Part shown: one piece after another, positions 1 to 6,326 of the stretch
Layout of the letters: every line of letters starts with the position of its first letter
How positions within the stretch are numbered: the stretch's first letter is position 1
IMG/VR virus record: IMGVR_UViG_3300005758_000005
Span: 109,430 to 129,429 of that record
Reading direction: 5' to 3' (one strand)
DNA: 20,000 nucleotides
Source of the DNA: an uncultured virus (IMG/VR IMGVR_UViG_3300005758_000005)
Lineage: Duplodnaviria > Heunggongvirae > Uroviricota > Caudoviricetes
Position numbers and translations under genes: made by a program
The notes under the pieces: generated by a model
Seen by the model: only the letters and a program-made list of their open reading frames with translations
Database searches by the model: none
Told to the model about the DNA's origin: nothing

Positions 1-169
1 TTTGACCTGCCAACGAATTGAACTCTGCTGTCAATTGTGTCTCAGTCTTATAATCAAAAAGGCGAGTGTTTGTTTTAAAATAACGAGCCACTTCCTTAGC
101 GGTTTTTGGCTCACCACATTCATTAAGATATGCAATGAGTTGTTCGAGACGAGTTTTTCCACTATACAT
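1..169 (-). CDS. Partial ORF running off the window start; possible winged-helix/HTH protein (MYSGKTRLEQLIAYLNECGEPKTAKEVARYF...)
   Basis: Translated by hand and open to position 1. Its ATG overlaps the upstream stop (TAATG). The pattern L..YL...G.P.T..EV resembles a wHTH N-terminus. Confidence 0.55.
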   Translation of the reverse strand, partial: MYSGKTRLEQLIAYLNECGEPKTAKEVARYFKTNTRLFDYKTETQLTAEFNSLAGQ

Positions 170-852
170 TAATTTATTTCCTTTACTGGAGTGAGACTAA
201 CGCTCTCCCCTGCGACCAAACCCCTGTAGTATCCGTTGTCAGAATTCAAGTTTACCTTAAGATTGGATGTTCTCAAACTACCAAAGCGATTGTTCAAGAA
301 ATTTAAATTCTCATTCTCACAACTATCATAAACTTTCACCAATGCATTAGATTCGCTTTGGATAATCTTTTGTGATTCCAATAGTCTAGATGATATTCTT
401 TGCGACATACCAATCTTAAAGGAATTACAAAATTTCTTTCCATGCTCGTTTGTTTTATATTTCAAAAGAGCATTCAAAGATTCTCGTTCAATGACATGGC
501 AGAGATAACGATATGACATTACCACTGCATCTCTATTAATAGACTTTCCAATAACACCGTATTTACCAGTGCTAGAGAATGCGATAACTTTACAAAAATG
601 ACTCTTGCAAATACTATTAAAAAGAATGCTCCGCCATGTGATAAAGTTCTTACCCTCTTGAACGAAACTAATGCCAATCTCATCTTCAGCCTTTTTAAGA
701 TTATTGAATTGAGATTGGGAGAGATTATGCTGAGCCAGAAGAGACATAGCCTTTTTCATTGCTACATTTGCTTCATTCTCATTCGACGATTCTGACAGAC
801 GAAAGAGTTTCTCAATCGTTTGCAGGGTTTTTTGGTCTATGTTGGGTTCCAT
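169..852 (-). CDS. DUF2786-family protein
   Basis: N-terminal IEKLFRLSESSNENEANVAMKKAMSLLAQHNL and C-terminal SFKIG...I..RL and GYYRG...G match this family's typical architecture. Confidence 0.8.
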   Translation of the reverse strand: MEPNIDQKTLQTIEKLFRLSESSNENEANVAMKKAMSLLAQHNLSQSQFNNLKKAEDEIGISFVQEGKNFITWRSILFNSICKSHFCKVIAFSSTGKYGVIGKSINRDAVVMSYRYLCHVIERESLNALLKYKTNEHGKKFCNSFKIGMSQRISSRLLESQKIIQSESNALVKVYDSCENENLNFLNNRFGSLRTSNLKVNLNSDNGYYRGLVAGESVSLTPVKEIN

Positions 853-886
853 GACTCTTTATATCATCCCGTAAATATTAATGCAA
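853..886 (-). promoter_or_regulatory. sigma70-type promoter, leaderless
   Basis: Minus strand: TTGCAT-17 nt-TATAAA (with TGn extension), then 5 nt, then ATG. Confidence 0.7.
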
Positions 887-921
887 GAAAAATCCCCAAG
901 AATTTTTAAAGACTCTTGGGG
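887..921 (-). terminator. Intrinsic terminator
   Basis: CCCCAAGA/TCTTGGGG stem followed by a T-run on the minus strand. Confidence 0.7.
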
Positions 922-1048
922 TTGAATTATCCTGTTCTACTTTAACCTACCCCATAGGCACATCAGGATAAAATTAAAAAAGTCCCACCCCATGAGCAAA
1001 AGAATGGGACTATATACAAGAGACATGAGCAAAATCTCTTGTAAATTA

Positions 1049-1372
1049 TTAAAGTTTCTTCTGGTCGTCGATGTAAACAGAATCAACCTTGTCTTCGATT
1101 TCAAAAAGGACTGTTGTAGTGCTATCGTCATCAGCCACTACTTCGTCAACAGTAACAGTGCTATAATCGTGAACATTATGATATTCAATTTCGTATTCAT
1201 TATCAATAACTAATTGCTTCATATGTTGACGAATCTTAATCCAATCCTCTTCAGAGAAATTTTTATAATCTTCTGAATTGAGATTTGAACAATTGCAAGC
1301 CTCATCAAATTGTTCTTTAGTAACTTCAAATTGGTATGTAGCAGTTACAGTACCGTTTACAAAGATTTGCAT
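1049..1372 (-). CDS. Hypothetical acidic phage protein
   Basis: 107-aa ORF, co-oriented and tightly packed with its neighbours. Confidence 0.75.
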   Translation of the reverse strand: MQIFVNGTVTATYQFEVTKEQFDEACNCSNLNSEDYKNFSEEDWIKIRQHMKQLVIDNEYEIEYHNVHDYSTVTVDEVVADDDSTTTVLFEIEDKVDSVYIDDQKKL

Positions 1373-1375
1373 TTT

Positions 1376-1726
1376 TTAATACCATGCAACCAAGTAATGA
1401 CCAGCCTCAGCATGAAGTTTGAACATTCTGACCAAGTCTTTGAATTCTTCTTCTTCAATATCATAGTTTTCGATGTAAGAATCACGCCATTCTGTTGCTT
1501 CCAAACCTTCTGCCATATCCCGGACAACTTCGTTTGAAATCTCATTAGTATCGGGAGTATATCCATACAAAGAAATGCCAGTGACATCTTCTACAAAACG
1601 ATTATAAACTTTGCCACGGAATGAATCGTTGCCATTGCCAGAAAACACGCCACCACAAATCTTAAACTCGCCTTCAATGACACCCTGCTCGTCTTTGTTC
1701 TTCATCCAAATGTTATCAAGTCCCAT
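1376..1726 (-). CDS. Hypothetical phage protein
   Basis: 116-aa ORF with an AGGAG SD. The MGLD start and final W are typical of a small phage protein family. Confidence 0.8.
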   Translation of the reverse strand: MGLDNIWMKNKDEQGVIEGEFKICGGVFSGNGNDSFRGKVYNRFVEDVTGISLYGYTPDTNEISNEVVRDMAEGLEATEWRDSYIENYDIEEEEFKDLVRMFKLHAEAGHYLVAWY

Positions 1727-1735
1727 GTCAATCTC

Positions 1736-2215
1736 CTAAAGGTAAAATTCTCTATTCTTGTCTTCTTCGGTTACTGGATTCTCGGTGACAAAATAAAATT
1801 CTCTATCAACCCACCGCATACCAGAAACAAGGTAAGACATATCAGCACCGTTCGTAATAATAGTCCAAATATTCTCTGGATTATGCTCACGAACGAAATC
1901 CAATTCTTCTCCATAGGTCTCAAAAGCATAACCTTCGTAAGTAGAGGATTCTTCAATCTCATTCTTGATAGGATTATATTTCTCAACCCATTCATCAAAA
2001 GTGTAAATACGCTCTGACTCGATTTTTATATTCTCGACTTTGCAGATTCCAACAGTATAACGAGGAATAATATTTTTAGAGACATACTGCTCAATATAAT
2101 CCTTGGAATCATTGCTGAGAAAAAAAGACTTCTCGATTTTCTTCATTGGCTTACTAGGATAATACCAATCAAAAGAAAGCGAGATTTTAAAGGTTTGTGG
2201 AATAGTTGGGTTCAT
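1736..2215 (-). CDS. Hypothetical conserved phage protein
   Basis: 159-aa ORF with FETYGEELDFV...IWT...SG.RWVDR motif and a leaderless promoter upstream. Confidence 0.8.
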   Translation of the reverse strand: MNPTIPQTFKISLSFDWYYPSKPMKKIEKSFFLSNDSKDYIEQYVSKNIIPRYTVGICKVENIKIESERIYTFDEWVEKYNPIKNEIEESSTYEGYAFETYGEELDFVREHNPENIWTIITNGADMSYLVSGMRWVDREFYFVTENPVTEEDKNREFYL

Positions 2216-2249
2216 GGCGTTAGTATATCAGGTCTCTAGGGGAATGCAA
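2216..2249 (-). promoter_or_regulatory. sigma70-type promoter, leaderless
   Basis: TTGCAT-16 nt-TATACT (TGn), then 6 nt, then ATG. The spacer shares CCCCTAGAGACCTGATA with the promoter at 2807-2840. Confidence 0.7.
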
Positions 2250-2255
2250 GAAATA

Positions 2256-2603
2256 TTACAAGATGCAGAGAGTATTTTCTTGGTACTCGAATTTTGGAGC
2301 ATCTTCTTTTTTTAATATTCCTAAACGATGAAAAAATTCTTCAGGTACAATTGGCTCCCTATCTTCAAAATTAAAAGAATAAGGTAAGACAGGATGATTA
2401 GGAGATAGTTTCACCAATGCTGTTCTTCCATCTCGACAATGTACTTTTAAAATAAATGTACCTGATTGATGTCTAAGAACTTTTGGAGAATGAAATAGAA
2501 AACCATTCCATTCAATTTTATAAGATGGTGTACTTCTCTCATAAACATATCTCCAAGGATTATATTCAACAGGAGAAGATTCCCAAAGTTCTTTAAGAGT
2601 CAT
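2256..2603 (-). CDS. Hypothetical protein
   Basis: 115-aa ORF in the minus-strand run. Confidence 0.7.
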   Translation of the reverse strand: MTLKELWESSPVEYNPWRYVYERSTPSYKIEWNGFLFHSPKVLRHQSGTFILKVHCRDGRTALVKLSPNHPVLPYSFNFEDREPIVPEEFFHRLGILKKEDAPKFEYQENTLCIL

Positions 2604-2605
2604 TT

Positions 2606-2806
2606 TTAAATTCCTATATAAAGCACTAGTTCTTCTTGGTTTACATTAATAAGGTCAGCAGTCTTTTCATATTTCTTTTCTATAGCATCCAAGAGTTCAG
2701 CGATAGAGTTAGAATTAGAAAAGAAAGACACAGGGTAAGAATTGAAAAAGCAAGTGCCATTATCAATAATCACCGAGAATTTCTGAAGGTCAATTGTTTC
2801 GTTCAC
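2606..2806 (-). CDS. Hypothetical protein (GTG start)
   Basis: 66-aa ORF directly after a leaderless promoter. Confidence 0.65.
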   Translation of the reverse strand: MNETIDLQKFSVIIDNGTCFFNSYPVSFFSNSNSIAELLDAIEKKYEKTADLINVNQEELVLYIGI

Positions 2807-2840
2807 AGGGTATTGTATCAGGTCTCTAGGGGGTATGCAA
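2807..2840 (-). promoter_or_regulatory. sigma70-type promoter, leaderless
   Basis: TTGCAT-17 nt-TACAAT (TGn), then 5 nt, then GTG. Confidence 0.75.
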
Positions 2841-2842
2841 AT

Positions 2843-2875
2843 AAAAAACCCCTATCTCTTGGCGGTGGATAGGGG
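2843..2875 (-). terminator. Intrinsic terminator
   Basis: CCCCTATC/GATAGGGG stem plus a T6 tail on the minus strand. Confidence 0.75.
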
Positions 2876-2924
2876 CTTGGTTCACTTGTGGAAAGTTGGT
2901 AAAGGACAAGTGAAAAGTGGGATA

Positions 2925-3221
2925 TTATTTTACTTCTTTAAGCCATACTGTAGGATAGGCATCGAATTCATCTGTCCTAGTAACCTCAAAGACTTTACCA
3001 AAATAAGAGTTGGCTCCATTAGCAAGTTGATTAGGATTGACTCTTCCAGAAGCAAAGTCAGAACCTTGATGCTTTACAATTGACTTGCGATACATATCAA
3101 CATATACTTTAATATCTTCGGCATTATACAAGCCATCTGATTTATGAAGACGTTCCGCTTCTTCCATCTTTGGCTTCAATTCTACGCTCAACTCTTCCAA
3201 CGTACTAAACGACAATTCCAT
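2925..3221 (-). CDS. Hypothetical protein
   Basis: 98-aa ORF with an AGGAG SD, downstream of the tRNAs. Confidence 0.75.
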   Translation of the reverse strand: MELSFSTLEELSVELKPKMEEAERLHKSDGLYNAEDIKVYVDMYRKSIVKHQGSDFASGRVNPNQLANGANSYFGKVFEVTRTDEFDAYPTVWLKEVK

Positions 3222-3252
3222 TTTAATCTCCTAGAGAAATTTAATCAAACAG

Positions 3253-3325
3253 TGGGACGGGAGGGATTTAAACCCTCGACTCCCCGGTTAAAAGCCGGGT
3301 ACTCTAGTCGCTGAGTTACCGTCCC
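3253..3325 (-). tRNA. trnK: tRNA-Lys(UUU), CCA not encoded
   Basis: Cloverleaf: GGGACGG/CCGTCCC acceptor, ACTC/GAGT D-stem, CCCGG-CTTTTAA-CCGGG anticodon arm, GAGGG-TTTAAAT-CCCTC T-arm. Confidence 0.93.
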
Positions 3326-3331
3326 AAACAA

Positions 3332-3623
3332 TAGCACCTGAGAGGCTCGAACTCTCACGGGTTGCCCCAATAGATTTTCTTACCACTATAATTTTCATTA
3401 CCAGAATAAATCTGTTTGTGGTCTGGACTTTACCTTCATCATAGTATTACTACCTTAGATGTCCTGTGTCAAGTCTCTACACGTTCCTAATTTCTTAGGC
3501 TTCGCTCGGTATTCCCATTTAAAAGGGTTCACCGAATTTACAGGATTCTACATTAGAAATTTCTCTCTAAGCACTCATATTTAACTCAAAGTCTATCGCA
3601 TCTGCCAATTACGCCAAGGTGCC
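3332..3623 (-). tRNA. trnL: tRNA-Leu(UAA) interrupted by a group I intron (exons 3589-3623 and 3332-3378)
   Basis: The joined exons give a GGCACCT/AGGTGCT acceptor, ATAGA-CTT^AAAA-TCTAT anticodon arm, GGG-GCAA-CCC variable arm and GAGAG-TTCGAGC-CTCTC T-arm. Confidence 0.92.
3379..3588 (-). ncRNA. Self-splicing group I intron (trnL/IC3-like), 210 nt, no internal ORF
   Basis: Core elements P AAATTCGGTGAA, Q AATACCGAGC, R GTGTAGAGACTT and S AAGGTAAAGTCC. P1 ACTT/GAGT with a U-G splice pair, P3 TCCTGT/ACAGGA, P7 GACTT/AAGTC and a terminal G. Confidence 0.92.
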
Positions 3624-3642
3624 TCATAACTCTTACAAACAT

Positions 3643-3671
3643 ATCTTACCTTGTTTCATCTCTCTTGTCAA
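3643..3671 (-). promoter_or_regulatory. sigma70 promoter for the tRNA operon
   Basis: TTGACA-17 nt-TAAGAT, about 20 nt upstream of tRNA-Leu. Confidence 0.8.
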
Positions 3672-3772
3672 CTCCCTTTCCTAGCATTATCACAAATTTC
3701 TCTGCGATAATGCTAGTTTTGAAAGGAGACCGAAATGAACAACATCAAGTGAATATCGCTTTAACTTGACAC
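3672..3772 (-). ncRNA. Candidate structured small RNA of about 100 nt
   Basis: Own TTGACA-17-TAATAT promoter and no minus-strand ORF of note. 5' hairpin TCAAGT/ACTTGA, an anti-SD tract, and a 3' hairpin CTAGCATTATC/GATAATGCTAG. Confidence 0.5.
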
Positions 3773-3776
3773 ACCT

Positions 3777-3805
3777 ATATTACCTAATCCTCAGAGCCAT
3801 GTCAA
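3777..3805 (-). promoter_or_regulatory. sigma70 promoter
   Basis: TTGACA-17 nt-TAATAT, immediately downstream of a terminator. Confidence 0.75.
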
Positions 3806-3814
3806 GCAAAGCAC

Positions 3815-3845
3815 AAAAAAAGGGAGAGAAATTAATCTCTCCCTT
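3815..3845 (-). terminator. Intrinsic terminator of the 342-aa gene
   Basis: AAGGGAGAGA/TCTCTCCCTT stem plus a T tail. Confidence 0.85.
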
Positions 3846-3862
3846 AAGAATTAAATAAAATC

Positions 3863-4891
3863 TTACTTAACCCAGAATTCAACCTTATTACCAGCAGACC
3901 CACCAGAAGCCACCGAAACAGATGAGATTCCGATGTATTTATTAGTGGAGAATGTGATTTGTGCATTTGCGGCAGAGTTGACTGGAATGGTAACAACGAT
4001 TGTGGCATCATTTGTTCCATCTGCTTTAATAGGAACCACATTAAGAACGATAGGAGTGACGCTAGAGACCTGTGTAGAGTCCGATGCAAGTCTTACTTCT
4101 AACAATGTAGCAATCATCCCAGAAACGCTCGAAACGCTTGTAAGGCTTCCCCATGTTCCTCCAGTGTTAGTTAAGGAATATAATTTTACGATCAATTCCT
4201 CATTTTTAATATTTCTGTGGAATCTTCTGTAATTTTCGCTCCAAGTAACATTAAGAACAGCAGGGGATAAACCATTAGAATCAAGACCTGTAAAATAATT
4301 TCTTAAAGTCTTGGTAGTGATGGATGTGAAGTAAGTGTCTAGTGCTGTTTGATATGCTGTTAATGCGGACGAAAGAGCAGATGTTAATGTACCTTCATTT
4401 GTTCTAAAAGATTTTAATAAAGTAGAAGTAGCATCTGTATCAGTATCGGTTATATCATTTTCAGCAAGAACATCACCAAGCAACAATCTATTAAAAAAAT
4501 TAAATTCGTATGTATTAGAATAAATTGTATCTACTGCTGTTGGTTTGGAAGCCATTTGAATTACATATGGTTGAAGAGTTGAGTTGGAGCCATATGTTGT
4601 AGAGATTGTAATGCTTGTGTCAGACCCTACAGCAGAGATAGTGTACCATGTTGTGATAAGTGATGGGTCGTTGCTTCCGATTCCAATTCTTGCTGGAGCG
4701 GTGGAAGCATTAAAATTTAAACTTGTCCATACGGTGCTGGTTCCTGTGATTGTTGGAGAACCAGAAGAAGTTGCAACAGTTCCAGTAATATAATAATTTG
4801 GTTTTGCTGATTGGTCTCTTAACAATCTATCAGCGTTTCCAAGGTTTGTAGTTAATGTCGAGATTGTAGACGGGGCGATTACTTTAGCCAT
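3863..4891 (-). CDS. Thr/Ser-rich putative virion structural protein
   Basis: 342 aa. GTVATSSGSPTITGTSTVWT resembles tail-fibre/spike N-terminal beta motifs. MAK start, AAGGA SD and flanking terminators. Confidence 0.6.
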   Translation of the reverse strand: MAKVIAPSTISTLTTNLGNADRLLRDQSAKPNYYITGTVATSSGSPTITGTSTVWTSLNFNASTAPARIGIGSNDPSLITTWYTISAVGSDTSITISTTYGSNSTLQPYVIQMASKPTAVDTIYSNTYEFNFFNRLLLGDVLAENDITDTDTDATSTLLKSFRTNEGTLTSALSSALTAYQTALDTYFTSITTKTLRNYFTGLDSNGLSPAVLNVTWSENYRRFHRNIKNEELIVKLYSLTNTGGTWGSLTSVSSVSGMIATLLEVRLASDSTQVSSVTPIVLNVVPIKADGTNDATIVVTIPVNSAANAQITFSTNKYIGISSVSVASGGSAGNKVEFWVK

Positions 4892-4967
4892 TTAGAACCA
4901 TCCTTAAAAAGATAATAATATTTTTTCTTTAATGTATCTTTTGTGACTAACCGTAATGAGAACCTTT

Positions 4968-5002
4968 AAAAAAATCCCCCTCGAATTTCTAAGAGGGGGA
5001 TT
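4968..5002 (-). terminator. Intrinsic terminator after rIIB
   Basis: AATCCCCCTC/GAGGGGGATT stem plus a T-run. Confidence 0.8.
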
Positions 5003-5010
5003 GATTGGGT

Positions 5011-6222
5011 TTAGAGTTTGCTGTATTCCTGATAGATTTTAAATACATCATCCTCAGAAGTGAATTGAAGAAGAATCACAAACTCTGGATTAATCTTATG
5101 CTGGTCATCAATATCCTTATAGAAGTTCTTAAGGGCATTGGCTACCGCAGTACGTTGGTGACCATAGAGGAATGCAAGCATATTAATATAATTGAATCTC
5201 TTAGTCTTCCAATCATCCAAGATAGTTCCGTCAAGGTCGAGAGTAAGTTGAACCTCAGTCTTGCTTTCACAATCTTCACAGAGAATATTATCAGAAAGAT
5301 TCATGTCTACGCAAGCACATTCATTACATCGTGGACATTCGCAATCATCAATGATACATTCACAATCATCACATCGCTCTGCATCAAGATAATATTCTTC
5401 ATCATCAACAGTGAGGATTTCATATGTTCTTGGTTGCCATTTACCTTCGACATATGCATCATTCTCTGTCTCGAAATTTGAAGTGTATCTACCTTCTACG
5501 AGAGGCTTTTCATATTCTGCCACAACCTTATATCGACAGGTGCGGAGTTTTTGAAAATTACAATCTGTAGGAATCGAAACAACATCTGCCGGGTCGATTT
5601 CAACAAGAACAAGTTTATCAGATTCAGAAGCAAAGTCAGAGGCATATTCCAAAGTACCAGCATGGAAACCGTAGGAACAACCAACCTCTTTATTGTCATC
5701 TACCTTGTTGCGAGGCATTTCCAAAACGCTACCAACAGTATTGAAGAATGTTCCAGAATACTTATCGGAGAAGTCTGAACGAACAGCCTTATAAGCAAGG
5801 AATGTTCCAGAATCTGTGATAGGAAGATGCTTATGCTCAAGGAAGGTATAGAGTTCATCCACTGCACGTTTTGATGGATTGAGTTGAAGTCGAGTCATAA
5901 ATTTAAAAATATGAACTGCATCAACATCACCAGCAAGGGCATTGAGAACCCGCTCTGCTACAATAGACGTTACTGCATCACCGTCGATATAAACATTGCC
6001 ATCCTTCACCTCGATATTCTCATACTGGAAATAGAGACGTTGGAGTTTATTAGCAGGATTGATGTAGTCTACCAATCCCTGCCAATCAGAATCCTTATAA
6101 GCCTTGAGAGCGTTAGGGAATGCAGGGTTGGAAGCATTAATGGTGTACTGTTTTCCATCAATGAATACGGTGATGAAACCAGAGATTGGGTCATCATTAA
6201 GAAGTTTTGCTGTTGGGTTCAT
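5011..6222 (-). CDS. rIIB: rIIB-like lysis-inhibition/membrane-integrity protein with an acidic Cys-rich C-terminal extension
   Basis: NPSKRAVDELYTFLE...LPITDSGTFLAYKAV...MPRNKVDD...CSYGFH...VEIDPADVVSIP.DC..K.RTCRY are rIIB hallmarks. Lies downstream of rIIA. Confidence 0.9.
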   Translation of the reverse strand: MNPTAKLLNDDPISGFITVFIDGKQYTINASNPAFPNALKAYKDSDWQGLVDYINPANKLQRLYFQYENIEVKDGNVYIDGDAVTSIVAERVLNALAGDVDAVHIFKFMTRLQLNPSKRAVDELYTFLEHKHLPITDSGTFLAYKAVRSDFSDKYSGTFFNTVGSVLEMPRNKVDDNKEVGCSYGFHAGTLEYASDFASESDKLVLVEIDPADVVSIPTDCNFQKLRTCRYKVVAEYEKPLVEGRYTSNFETENDAYVEGKWQPRTYEILTVDDEEYYLDAERCDDCECIIDDCECPRCNECACVDMNLSDNILCEDCESKTEVQLTLDLDGTILDDWKTKRFNYINMLAFLYGHQRTAVANALKNFYKDIDDQHKINPEFVILLQFTSEDDVFKIYQEYSKL

Positions 6223-6290
6223 TCTTTTTTCCTTTAAGAGAGATAAGGCATCGGGGCTTGTCTTTCGTCCTTATCACCGATTGACATAGC

Positions 6291-6319
6291 ATATTACCAA
6301 ACTATTTCTGAGACCGCAA
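6291..6319 (-). promoter_or_regulatory. Putative promoter for rIIB
   Basis: TTGCGG-17 nt-TAATAT in the rIIA-rIIB intergenic region. Confidence 0.55.
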
Positions 6320-6326
6320 GGGGATA

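Noticed and set aside
3379..3588. Intron-encoded homing endonuclease
   Set aside because: The intron is only 210 nt and is fully accounted for by ribozyme helices.
6242..6281. Twister, pistol or guanidine-III assignment for the rIIB leader
   Set aside because: It shares short words (ACAAGCCC, GGACGA), but the order and stems do not fit those consensus models.
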